Under the pieces are notes generated by a model. That model searched no databases. It saw only the letters and a list, made by a program, of their open reading frames with translations, and was not told the origin of the DNA. A DNA stretch of 13,189 nucleotides from Fibrobacteria bacterium (GTDB taxonomy: Bacteria; Fibrobacterota; Fibrobacteria; UBA11236). The translations under genes were made by a program, and so were the position numbers. The DNA lies in contig JBGTHM010000038.1 of NCBI GenBank assembly GCA_041746255.1, forward strand, positions 1 through 13,189. The letters are read 5' to 3'. Of this stretch, positions 1-8,327 are shown one piece after another. Each line of letters begins with the position of its first letter. Position 1 is the first letter of the stretch.

Positions 1-86
1 GCCCTGAACTTCCTCGCTCGCCCTCGCTACAAACCCCATTCTGTTAGACACTCTAAACCTTCACATTCTTTGATCCGGGGGAATTT

Positions 87-102
87 TGTTTCACGTGAAA
101 CA
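87..102. promoter_or_regulatory. parS: parS site 1 (ParB loading site)
   Basis: Perfect 16-bp palindrome TGTTTCACGTGAAACA, identical to the canonical chromosomal parS consensus, upstream of rsmG-parA-parB. Confidence 0.97.
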
Positions 103-126
103 TCCCCTTTGTGGATGGCTAGGGAA

Positions 127-142
127 TGTTTCACGTGAAACC
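127..142. promoter_or_regulatory. parS: parS site 2
   Basis: TGTTTCACGTGAAACC, 15/16 match to consensus, starting exactly 40 bp after site 1. Confidence 0.95.
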
Positions 143-154
143 AGAAAAAAAGTC

Positions 155-184
155 TTGACGCTTTGTCACAGTCCGATTATTCAT
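155..184 (+). promoter_or_regulatory. Candidate sigma70 promoter for rsmG-parAB
   Basis: TTGACG (155-160) preceded by an A-tract, with a weak -10-like TATTCA 17 bp downstream (178-183). The -10 match is poor. Confidence 0.35.
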
Positions 185-313
185 TGATCATCCCAAAATA
201 GCTCGCCTAAGAAGGTGGCTGCTCCAAAGCGAAAAACGCTGCGGAGAGGGGCAAATACACTATTGGAGCATCCGGTTGTAAAAAGCGGAAGAAATCCAAG
301 ATTTAAGGGAACC

Positions 314-922
314 ATGATAGGCATGCCAGGTCTCATTCAAGACCCCGCGAACCTCGAAGAAAAGACCATCGAAAAGCTCAAGGAAATGGAATCCATCCTA
401 CTTCGATGGAGTCAAAGCATGAACTTGGTCAGCGAGAACGATGAGAATGTGATGTGGGAAAGGCACATTCTGGATTCCCTCCAACTAATGCCTTTCTTCA
501 AGGATGTTAATAAATTGGCCGACATGGGGAGCGGAATTGGGTTACCCGCCATTCCCTTAGCCATTTCCTGTCCGGACATCGACGTATTCGCGATTGAGCC
601 TAAAACCAAAAAAACTTCGTTAATGGCTGAATTGGTGCGTGAAATCAAAATCCCCAATCTCCATGTCCTCAACGAGCGTGTCGAAAAAGTCTACCTCTCC
701 CATATGGATGTCGTTTGCTGCCGCGCTTTCGGAGAGTTTTCCCGGGATGCCCGACTTGCTTATAAAATGTTGAAGCCGGGCGGCCTTTTCATGACATTTA
801 AAGCCAGCGAAGAGACCAATGTGCCGGAAGGGTATGAACGGGTCACCAACCATGAGTATTTACTCCCGAGCGCAACCAAAAAATATTTCGTCGTGATTGC
901 TGAAAAAGCCGGGGAAATGTGA
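314..922 (+). CDS. rsmG: 16S rRNA (guanine(527)-N7)-methyltransferase RsmG/GidB
   Basis: Motifs MNLVS, RHILDSL, SAM-binding DMGSGIGLPAIPLAI, EPKTKK, CRAF, and the classic position before parA. Start most likely ATG 314 or 323 (AAGGGA at 305-310) rather than GTG 215. Confidence 0.95.
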   Translation: MIGMPGLIQDPANLEEKTIEKLKEMESILLRWSQSMNLVSENDENVMWERHILDSLQLMPFFKDVNKLADMGSGIGLPAIPLAISCPDIDVFAIEPKTKKTSLMAELVREIKIPNLHVLNERVEKVYLSHMDVVCCRAFGEFSRDARLAYKMLKPGGLFMTFKASEETNVPEGYERVTNHEYLLPSATKKYFVVIAEKAGEM

Positions 923-1695
923 CCCGAATTATTGCAGCATGCAATCAAAAGGGCGGGGTGGGAAAAACCACTACTTGCGTCAACGCATCCGCCGCCCTGG
1001 CAGCGCTGGAGAAGCGCGTTCTGTTAGTCGACATGGATCCACAAGCCAATGCCACTCAAGGCGTCGGCTTTGATCAGCCATTCGAGGAAGATATCTATGA
1101 CCTGATGATGTCGGTTGAAGCGGACCTTACTCAGGAGCATATCGAAGCCCTTATTCGTAAAACGGAGATGAAATACCTGGACATTCTTCCCTCATCCCGA
1201 GCGCTGGCTGGGCTGGAAGTCCAATTGGTTCAGCAACCCGGAAAGGAAAGAAGGCTTTCCCACATCCTGGAAAAAATCAAACCCTCCTATGATTTCATCA
1301 TTATTGATTCACCACCTAGTTTGAGTATTTTGACCCTGAACGTTCTCACAGCCGCCGATTCCGTACTCATTCCCATTCAGTGTGAATATTATGCCCTACA
1401 AGGGTTGGCTGAACTATTAAATACGATTCGATTGGTTCAACAAAATCTCAATCCAAAATTAGCCATCGAGGGTGCGCTATTAACTATGCACGACAGCCGT
1501 CTAAACCTTGCCAAACAAGTTGCGGAAGATGTGCAGAACACCTTTTCGGAAAAAGTATTCAAAACGCTGATTCCACGAAGCGTGAAGTTAAGTGAGGCCC
1601 CTTCCTTTGGAAAGCCCATCATCCTTTATGATGTCGTCAGCACGGGAGCCATGCGCTATATGGAATTGGCCAAGGAGATAATCGACCATGAGTAG
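919..1695 (+). CDS. parA: Chromosome partitioning ATPase ParA/Soj
   Basis: Deviant Walker A NQKGGVGKTTT, DMDPQANAT, IIDSPPSL, PIQCEYYAL, IPRSVKLSEAPSFGKP. GTG start overlaps the rsmG TGA. Confidence 0.98.
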   Translation: MTRIIAACNQKGGVGKTTTCVNASAALAALEKRVLLVDMDPQANATQGVGFDQPFEEDIYDLMMSVEADLTQEHIEALIRKTEMKYLDILPSSRALAGLEVQLVQQPGKERRLSHILEKIKPSYDFIIIDSPPSLSILTLNVLTAADSVLIPIQCEYYALQGLAELLNTIRLVQQNLNPKLAIEGALLTMHDSRLNLAKQVAEDVQNTFSEKVFKTLIPRSVKLSEAPSFGKPIILYDVVSTGAMRYMELAKEIIDHE

Positions 1696-2557
1696 AAAGG
1701 CCTTAGGTAAAGGCTTGGACGCCATTTTCGGAAATATGGGCGAAGAGGTGGTTAACGCCTCTACGGGAGAATCCATTCATCGTATACCCTTGGAAAAAAT
1801 TTCGCCCAATCCCTACCAACCACGCCGGGAGTTCAACGAAGTAGAAATCCGGGAGCTGGCCGATTCGATACGGGAAAAGGGATTGATTCAACCCATTCTT
1901 TTGAGACGCCATGGGGGTGGATTTCAAATAGTGGCCGGCGAGCGCCGGTACCGAGCCACTAAACATTTGGGTAGTTCCACTATTGCAGCACAGGTCCGTG
2001 ATAAATTGACCGATCGCGATATGATGGAAATGGCGCTCATCGAGAATATCCAGCGTGTGCAACTCAATGCCATCGAAGAAGCGCAAGCATTCGACCAACT
2101 TATCACCCAATGTGGGCTGACCCACGAAGACCTGTCCAAACGGGTGGGAAAAAGCCGGTCCGCCATCACCAATAGCTTACGGTTGATGAAGCTGCATCCC
2201 AAAGTCAAGGAATGGATTGAGCAAGGCAAATTGACTGCCGGACATGGACGCGCGCTATTGCAAAGCGCGACATCCCAGCAGGAGGCGTTGGCACAACGCA
2301 TGCTTGATCAGAACATGAATGTTCGAACCGCGGAAAAAAACCGCGGAAACGTAAAAGTCAAAACCCCGACATCCCTCCACCCCAATCTGCAATCCCTGCT
2401 GGAAAGCCTTCGCTTTTCCTTAGGGACCAAAGTGTCGCTGAAAGGCGATGGGAAAAAGGGCGTGTTGGAAATCCATTATTACAGTCAGGACGACCTGGAA
2501 AATCTGGCCCGCGTTGTAGTTGCCGGCTCCGAAGCCGCACATACCGGAAGCCGGTAA
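1688..2557 (+). CDS. parB: Chromosome partitioning CTPase ParB/Spo0J
   Basis: N-terminal ParA-activating peptide RKALGKGLDA, PNPYQPR, arginine patch GERRYRA, ENIQR, HTH (LTHEDLSKRVGKSRSAITNSLRL). Overlaps parA by 8 bp. Confidence 0.98.
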   Translation: MSRKALGKGLDAIFGNMGEEVVNASTGESIHRIPLEKISPNPYQPRREFNEVEIRELADSIREKGLIQPILLRRHGGGFQIVAGERRYRATKHLGSSTIAAQVRDKLTDRDMMEMALIENIQRVQLNAIEEAQAFDQLITQCGLTHEDLSKRVGKSRSAITNSLRLMKLHPKVKEWIEQGKLTAGHGRALLQSATSQQEALAQRMLDQNMNVRTAEKNRGNVKVKTPTSLHPNLQSLLESLRFSLGTKVSLKGDGKKGVLEIHYYSQDDLENLARVVVAGSEAAHTGSR

Positions 2558-2596
2558 CGTCCTTTTCACGTAACTGCCAGGCGGCGCCCAAAAATC

Positions 2597-3409
2597 ATGC
2601 CCCGCAAAAAGCGCTATATCACCATACACGTCATTCCGGATGACTCCAGTCAAACTTGGACGCTGCGATTCCGCTTCCTGTTTTTCGAATTTTTGTTTTA
2701 TGCTATAATTATTGCTCTTTTCGCCGTTGGCTTTGCGGCCCTTAAGCTTTCCGAAATAAGCGGTAAAGTGCTTACGGCGGAACATCTGGCCGAAGCGAAC
2801 CGCCAGCTAATGGCCAAGCAGGAAAGAATGATTCTGCTTGAAAGGGAACTCACTAAAATAGTGGAACAGGAAAAGCGCATTCGGGGCATAATGCAAAACC
2901 TAGTCAGCGGCGGGAGCCCGCAAATACCTATGGTTTCCGGCTCGCCGAAACAAACCGGCGATTATATGCAAAGCTATATTGCCGAAGTTAGGGCCTTGGA
3001 AAGGCGGCGGGCATCACTCGGCGCCAGTCCCGATGAAAATATTCCCAATGTTTGGCCCGTGGCCGGAATCGTCAGTCAGAAATTCCGAGCCCCCTCTTCA
3101 GGAGACCCTGGGCATCTTGCCATCGATATCATAGCGGCGGGCAACGATTTGGTGGTCTCCTCCGCAAGGGGAATTGTAGTGGAGTCGGGATGGGACCGCG
3201 ATTTGGGCCGCTATGTAAAGGTGGACCATGGAGCGTATAAAACCTTGTATGGTCACCTATCCCGCAGCTTTGTCCAAACCGGAGATCACCTCTCCAAAGG
3301 CGCTTCGATAGGCACGGTCGGAAACACCGGAAACAGCATAGGCCCCCATCTCCATTATGAAGTTTTTCATAAAGGCAAATCCATCGACCCCGAACATTTA
3401 CTCAATTGA
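2597..3409 (+). CDS. Membrane-anchored M23 family peptidoglycan endopeptidase
   Basis: Short basic N-terminus, TM helix (FLFYAIIIALFAVGFAAL), coiled coil, and an M23 domain with WPVAG, HxxxD (HLAID), YGHLS and HxH (GPHLHYEV). Confidence 0.93.
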   Translation: MPRKKRYITIHVIPDDSSQTWTLRFRFLFFEFLFYAIIIALFAVGFAALKLSEISGKVLTAEHLAEANRQLMAKQERMILLERELTKIVEQEKRIRGIMQNLVSGGSPQIPMVSGSPKQTGDYMQSYIAEVRALERRRASLGASPDENIPNVWPVAGIVSQKFRAPSSGDPGHLAIDIIAAGNDLVVSSARGIVVESGWDRDLGRYVKVDHGAYKTLYGHLSRSFVQTGDHLSKGASIGTVGNTGNSIGPHLHYEVFHKGKSIDPEHLLN

Positions 3410-3416
3410 GGCTTCC

Positions 3417-3767
3417 ATGAGCAAAACCACCATGAACAGCATGACTTTCATCTGTGACGGAACCAGCATAATCGGTGAAGTGACGGTCGAAAATGACCTC
3501 CGGGTGGAGGGATATATCAAGGGTACGGTTAAAACCGGAGGGGTGTTGGTGGTGGGGCCGACAGGTAAAATCGAGGGGGAAGTCATTACGCGTTCCGCCA
3601 ATATCGCGGGTCAAGTTGTCGGCAATTTGAAAGGACTGGAAAAGATTGTACTCGAGGCCAAATCAACTTTAATTGGAGATTTGCAGACTCGCGATCTCAT
3701 TATTAATGAGGGGGCGGTTTTCCAGGGTAATTGCTCCATGAAGGCCAATGAAGCCCAAATCGAATAA
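3417..3767 (+). CDS. Bactofilin (polymer-forming cytoskeletal protein, CcmA/BacA family)
   Basis: Beta-helical repeats TFICDGTSIIGEV..LRVEGYIKGTV..VGPTGKIEGEV..IAGQVVGNL..LIINEGAVFQGNCSM. ATG 3417 follows GAGG, which overlaps the M23 stop. Confidence 0.95.
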   Translation: MSKTTMNSMTFICDGTSIIGEVTVENDLRVEGYIKGTVKTGGVLVVGPTGKIEGEVITRSANIAGQVVGNLKGLEKIVLEAKSTLIGDLQTRDLIINEGAVFQGNCSMKANEAQIE

Positions 3768-3978
3768 CCAAGACCTTTTCGCTTTTCTCCATCTAGGATG
3801 GATGATTGCCTTGATCTTGACCTTGTTCACCTTAAGCGGCATCCATTTGGACAAACGCTACGATACCAGTCCTTTACTCCTGCTAATTGCAGTTTTTCTC
3901 GCCTTCCTTACCGCCGGCTATCTGGTTTATCGCGAAATCAAACGGTTGACGGATTTCAAACCACCCGATACGGACTAA
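3748..3978 (+). CDS. atpZ: AtpZ/AtpQ-type small two-TM ATP synthase accessory protein
   Basis: 76 aa with the typical G-x-x-L-D-x-x-x-x-T-x-P motif (GIHLDKRYDTSP) between two TM helices. Overlaps the bactofilin by 20 bp. Confidence 0.85.
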   Translation: MKPKSNNQDLFAFLHLGWMIALILTLFTLSGIHLDKRYDTSPLLLLIAVFLAFLTAGYLVYREIKRLTDFKPPDTD

Positions 3979-3994
3979 ATTTCCGTTCAAGAGC

Positions 3995-4023
3995 TTTAAA
4001 GCCGGAACCGAAGTTTTTATAAT
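3995..4023 (+). promoter_or_regulatory. Internal sigma70-like promoter upstream of atpI
   Basis: TTTAAA (3995-4000), 17 bp spacer, perfect TATAAT (4018-4023), within the 93-bp atpZ-atpI gap. Confidence 0.65.
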
Positions 4024-4071
4024 TCCGCTCGACAAAAGAGCCCTAGTTGAAGATGTATCGGTAAATCGAGA

Positions 4072-4449
4072 TTGAAAAGCTTTCTGAACCAACTTATCAT
4101 TGCTCTCCTTGTGCTCTTCTCCTTGGCCGGGCTGGCCTCAACTCGATGGGAAAGCTTCAACCTTTTTTTCGGAGTCATTGGAATAGCCATGATGGCGCTT
4201 AATGCCTTTTTAGCCATCTACCCCTTGCATCGCTTTCCCAAAGCCGACTCCTTGCAGGTATACCTCGGTGGTATGCTGGCCCGACTCCTGGCATTGGGTG
4301 TGCTTCTTGCGGTTTTACTGTCCAGCTTCAACCTGCAGCAATCCGAAAAGCTATCCCTAGTGCTTTGCGCCTTCGCCGCTTTCGTGACCTTCCAATTTGT
4401 GGAAATACGCTTCTTCCAAAAACTGAAGGATTCCGGGAATCCCACATGA
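4072..4449 (+). CDS. atpI: ATP synthase protein I (AtpI/UncI-like, four TM)
   Basis: 125-aa protein with four hydrophobic segments and a GGMLARL motif, directly before atpB with an ATGA overlap. TTG start. Confidence 0.75.
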   Translation: MKSFLNQLIIALLVLFSLAGLASTRWESFNLFFGVIGIAMMALNAFLAIYPLHRFPKADSLQVYLGGMLARLLALGVLLAVLLSSFNLQQSEKLSLVLCAFAAFVTFQFVEIRFFQKLKDSGNPT

Positions 4450-5297
4450 TGCGAAACATTCCCAGGTTCGTTTTAATAATCGCATTGCTTTTAGCCGCGC
4501 CGGCTTCCGCCGCCGAAAGCCTGGGCGATTTCATCCTACACCACGTCACCGATTCGGACAGCTGGCACTTTCTGGGGATGACCATTCACTTTCCCCAATT
4601 CCAAGTCGCAGGAATAAACCTGGGCATCTCTTTACATATCGCGATGATAATCCTCGCCTTCTTCCTCCTTCTCATATTTTTGAAAATCGCCAGTCGTCGA
4701 CGCGGGTTGGTGCCCGCAGGCGGATTTGCACACGCCATCGAGGCGGTGGTCATCTATGTACGAGACGAAATCCTGGTGCCGAATATGGGTCGCAAAGACG
4801 CTGAGAAATGGCTTCCGTTTTTTCTGACCCTGTTCCTTTTCGTATTGACCGTAAACCTGCTTGGCCTCATTCCGGGAATGTCTACCGCATCGGCCAACAT
4901 CAATTTTACCGGAACCCTTTCCGTAACCATTTTGATCATTTACATGGTGGCCGGAATGCTCCGCAATGGCTCGATCCACTATTTCACCAACCTGGTTCCC
5001 AAGGGAATACCGGTGTTCGTGCTTCCCATCATCGCACCCATCGAATTCCTGGGACTTTTCACGCGTGCATTCGCTTTGGCCATTCGACTTTTCGCCAACA
5101 TGTCCGGTGGCCATATCATCATTTTCTCCCTGCTTGGCCTGATAGCCGTATTCAAATCCTTTTTGTTCGTCCCCATCTTTTTGGGATTCACGCTCTTTAT
5201 CTATATCATCGAAGTTTTAGTCGCCTTTCTACAAGCCTATATATTCACGCTTTTGGCCTCCCTGTTCGTCGGGTTGGCTTTGCATCAGGAACACTAA
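4446..5297 (+). CDS. atpB: FoF1 ATP synthase subunit a
   Basis: NLLGLIPG, TASANIN, PIEFLG, LAIRLFANM (essential Arg), LQAYIF. Start ATG 4446 or 4449, not 4365. Confidence 0.98.
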   Translation: MMRNIPRFVLIIALLLAAPASAAESLGDFILHHVTDSDSWHFLGMTIHFPQFQVAGINLGISLHIAMIILAFFLLLIFLKIASRRRGLVPAGGFAHAIEAVVIYVRDEILVPNMGRKDAEKWLPFFLTLFLFVLTVNLLGLIPGMSTASANINFTGTLSVTILIIYMVAGMLRNGSIHYFTNLVPKGIPVFVLPIIAPIEFLGLFTRAFALAIRLFANMSGGHIIIFSLLGLIAVFKSFLFVPIFLGFTLFIYIIEVLVAFLQAYIFTLLASLFVGLALHQEH

Positions 5298-5320
5298 CAT
5301 CACTTCATAAGGAGAAGACA

Positions 5321-5548
5321 ATGGAACCTATTGGTTTTGGATATCTATCAGCCGGTATAGGCGCGGGATTGGCTGCCATCGGTGCCGGTTTGGGAATTGG
5401 CCGTCTGGCGGGAGCAGCCCTTCAGGGTATCGCCCGCCAGCCCGAAGCTGCCGGAACCATTCGGACCACCATGCTTATCGCCGCCGCTCTTATCGAAGGT
5501 GTGGCTCTTTTCGCGGAAGTGATCTGCATCTTGTTGGTGGTGCAATAG
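5321..5548 (+). CDS. atpE: FoF1 ATP synthase subunit c (75 aa)
   Basis: GxGxGxG helix, ARQPE loop, conserved Glu in ALIEG, strong SD TAAGGAG. It is the C-terminal part of the listed 4808..5548 ORF. Confidence 0.98.
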   Translation: MEPIGFGYLSAGIGAGLAAIGAGLGIGRLAGAALQGIARQPEAAGTIRTTMLIAAALIEGVALFAEVICILLVVQ

Positions 5549-5596
5549 TCGGAAGGTTTTCCGCCGTAAACATCCTACCACCTTATAGGGAGAGTT

Positions 5597-6214
5597 ATGT
5601 CCGCTCAATCCAAGACGGATCCAAACATGAACGACTTCGAATTGATTCAGTTGGCGCAAGCGACGCTGCCTGAAAATCTCAATTCAGAATTGGCGCAGCC
5701 TCCGGCCGAGGAGCCCCCTCCGGCCTTGCTCAGTTTTGATCCCGGTGTCGCCATTTGGACCCTTGTCGTTTTCGTCATGCTATTGGTGCTCCTGCGCAAA
5801 ATGGCTTGGGGTCCCATCATCTCATCCATTAACGAGAGAGACAGGACCATTAAAGAAAGTCTGGAAAAAGCCGGTGAAGTGCAGGCCGAATCCAAACGGC
5901 TTGCGGAGGAGCAAGGCAAAATACTGGCTGAGGCGCGGGCGGAAGCCAATGGGATTCTGCAGCAAACTCGCCAAGCCGCCGATGAGATGAAGCAGAAAAT
6001 AGAGCGGGTGGCCCATGAGGAAAAAGAACGGATTCTCCAATCCGCTCAAAAGGAGATAGATTCCGCAAAAATCGCGGCGTTATCGGAATTACGCAAAACC
6101 ACGGCCGACCTCTCGATCCAAATCGCGGAAAAACTCATTCGCAAGTCGCTTGACGATGCCGCCCATAGAAAACTGGTCGACACTCTCATCGAAGAAATGT
6201 CGGAGCGGGCATGA
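5597..6214 (+). CDS. atpF: FoF1 ATP synthase subunit b
   Basis: DPGVAIWTLVVF..LRKMAWGPI..ERDRTI TM/tether region, long coiled coil, AEKLI. SD-like GGGAG before ATG 5597. Confidence 0.96.
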   Translation: MSAQSKTDPNMNDFELIQLAQATLPENLNSELAQPPAEEPPPALLSFDPGVAIWTLVVFVMLLVLLRKMAWGPIISSINERDRTIKESLEKAGEVQAESKRLAEEQGKILAEARAEANGILQQTRQAADEMKQKIERVAHEEKERILQSAQKEIDSAKIAALSELRKTTADLSIQIAEKLIRKSLDDAAHRKLVDTLIEEMSERA

Positions 6215-6233
6215 GGAAAGGATTTAAAGTAAA

Positions 6234-6776
6234 GTGAAAACCGGCAGCAAAACGGCGGCGGTTTACGCAGGCATGCTTTTGGATTTTGCGCGCGAGCAAA
6301 ACTCCCAAGCCGAAGTCCTGAGGGACCTTCAGCTTTTACGAAAGCTGTTACAAGACACGCCGGGCTTGGAGCGTTTTTTCAGCAACCCAACCCTACCTGT
6401 TGCGGTCAAATTGGATTTCATCAAAACCAATTTGTTTCCACACGTCCAGGAAATCACCCGTAAATTCGTGACTTTGGTGATTCAAAAAAACCGATTGACC
6501 CTGCTCGCCGCGATGCTGGAGGCATTCATGGCCCTGGAAGAAACCAGTCGCAATGTCTATCGCGCCACGGTTACCAGCGCAGTGGCGCTTTCGGAAAAGC
6601 AGTTGCAGTCCTTAGCGGAGAAGATGCAGGCTAAATCTCCCGGAAGGACTTTCATTCTCAACAATCAAGTCGAACCCTCCTTGCTGGGAGGCTTTCGAAT
6701 CCAGCAAAGTGACCTGGTCACCGATGCCAGTCTGCGTTTCCAACTCAACCAATTTCGCAAAAAGCTTGCAGCATAG
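6234..6776 (+). CDS. atpH: FoF1 ATP synthase subunit delta
   Basis: [37 protein letters not shown], and position between atpF and atpA. GTG start. Confidence 0.95.
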   Translation: MKTGSKTAAVYAGMLLDFAREQNSQAEVLRDLQLLRKLLQDTPGLERFFSNPTLPVAVKLDFIKTNLFPHVQEITRKFVTLVIQKNRLTLLAAMLEAFMALEETSRNVYRATVTSAVALSEKQLQSLAEKMQAKSPGRTFILNNQVEPSLLGGFRIQQSDLVTDASLRFQLNQFRKKLAA

Positions 6777-6787
6777 GATATATCCCC

Positions 6788-8314
6788 ATGGCTACTGATA
6801 TCCGACCCGATGAAATTAGTTCCGTATTGAAGCGACAGCTTCAATCCATTGATACCGACACCCAATCGTATACCATGGGAACGGTGTTGCAATCCGGAGA
6901 CGGTATCGCCCGCATTTTCGGCCTTTCGGATGTGATGGCCGGAGAGCTTGTTGAAATCGAATCCGCCAAGGGCCCGATATCGGCACTGGTTCTCAATTTG
7001 GAAGAGGACAATGTCGGTGTCGCCATCCTGGGCAACAGCAGTTTAATCAGAGAAGGGGATAACGTTCGACGGACCGGACGCATCGCCTCGGTTCCTGTGG
7101 GTGATACCATCCTGGGTCGCGTCATCAACGCGCTCGGCGAACCGGTTGACGGTGGCCCCGAACTCGACAAAACCATCATGCGGCCCATTGAGGTGAAGGC
7201 GCCGGGAATCGTTCGGCGCCAAAATGTACACGAGCCGCTGGAAACTGGTATCAAAGCCATCGATACCCTTATCCCCATCGGTCGCGGACAACGCGAACTC
7301 ATAATCGGTGACCGGAAAACCGGTAAGACCGCCATTGCCATCGATACCATTATCAATCAAAAAGGCAAAGGCGTAAAATGTATTTACGTCGGTATCGGCC
7401 AGAAGCAATCCACCATAGCGCAGGTGATGGAAAAATTGCGGGCAGCCGGGGCCATGGAATATACCTGCATCATTGCGGCCAATGCTTCCGATCCGGCTCC
7501 GCTTCAATACCTCGCCCCCTATTGCGGCGTCACTATGGGCGAGCATTTCATGTATAATGGCGGTCATGCCCTGCTTATTTACGACGACTTGACCAAACAG
7601 GCACAAGCCTATCGCCAGCTTTCCCTGTTGCTTCGTCGCCCTCCGGGACGCGAAGCCTATCCCGGCGACGTCTTCTATTTGCACTCCCGTCTGCTGGAGC
7701 GAGCCGCCAAGCTTTCCGAGGCCGAAGGCGGGGGATCCTTGACCGCACTTCCTATCATCGAAACGCAGGCCGGCGACGTCGCCGCCTACATTCCCACCAA
7801 CGTTATTTCCATAACGGATGGACAAATCTATCTCGATACCAACTTATTCAATGCCGGACAGCGCCCAGCGGTAGACGTGGGACTTTCGGTTTCCCGCGTA
7901 GGCGGCGACGCGCAAATCAAGGCGACTAAACAAGTAACGGGTCCGTTACGACTGACCTTGGCGCAATATCGCGAACTAGCGGCCTTTTCGCAATTCGCAT
8001 CGGACCTGGATAAAGCGACGCAAAGGCAGCTGGCGCGCGGCGAACGCATGATGCACCTTCTCCGCCAGGGCCAATACCGACCCTATCGAATCGGAAAAAC
8101 CGTTCTCGTCGTATATGCCGGACAAAACGGATATGTCGACGAAATACCCGTAGCCAAGGTTTCGGAATACGAAAAGCAACTCATCGATTACGTGGAAATG
8201 AACTATCCCAAGTTTTTCGACACCGTCGAGGAGCGTAAAAAATTGGACGACGACATCATGAACCAAATGAAAAGCGCGCTGGAAGAATTCGGCAAACAGT
8301 TCAAATCCGTCTGA
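6788..8314 (+). CDS. atpA: FoF1 ATP synthase subunit alpha
   Basis: [59 protein letters not shown]. Confidence 0.99.
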   Translation: MATDIRPDEISSVLKRQLQSIDTDTQSYTMGTVLQSGDGIARIFGLSDVMAGELVEIESAKGPISALVLNLEEDNVGVAILGNSSLIREGDNVRRTGRIASVPVGDTILGRVINALGEPVDGGPELDKTIMRPIEVKAPGIVRRQNVHEPLETGIKAIDTLIPIGRGQRELIIGDRKTGKTAIAIDTIINQKGKGVKCIYVGIGQKQSTIAQVMEKLRAAGAMEYTCIIAANASDPAPLQYLAPYCGVTMGEHFMYNGGHALLIYDDLTKQAQAYRQLSLLLRRPPGREAYPGDVFYLHSRLLERAAKLSEAEGGGSLTALPIIETQAGDVAAYIPTNVISITDGQIYLDTNLFNAGQRPAVDVGLSVSRVGGDAQIKATKQVTGPLRLTLAQYRELAAFSQFASDLDKATQRQLARGERMMHLLRQGQYRPYRIGKTVLVVYAGQNGYVDEIPVAKVSEYEKQLIDYVEMNYPKFFDTVEERKKLDDDIMNQMKSALEEFGKQFKSV

Positions 8315-8327
8315 TTGAGGAAAACCA

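Noticed and set aside
1..138. Partial gene at the window edge (open + frame 1..138, or minus-strand start at 51/39)
   Set aside because: Too short and no recognisable similarity (not evidently the mnmG C-terminus); needs upstream sequence.
215..313. Extended RsmG N-terminus from GTG 215 (likewise the long starts at 3357, 4365, 10901 and 12608)
   Set aside because: The extra residues show no family-like features; downstream ATGs give typical lengths and better coupling or SD context.
4808..5320. 246-aa N-terminally extended subunit c
   Set aside because: The extension is an alternative frame inside atpB; a strong SD and ATG at 5321 define the normal 75-aa protein.
5321..5548. Na+-translocating or N-ATPase operon
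   Set aside because: Gene order is the standard F-type with a separate delta subunit, and subunit c lacks Na+ ligands.
6841..7825. Long antisense ORFs (7043..7825, 6841..7356) and the other minus-strand ORFs over par and atp genes
   Set aside because: Shadow ORFs of conserved genes, with no recognisable motifs or RBS.
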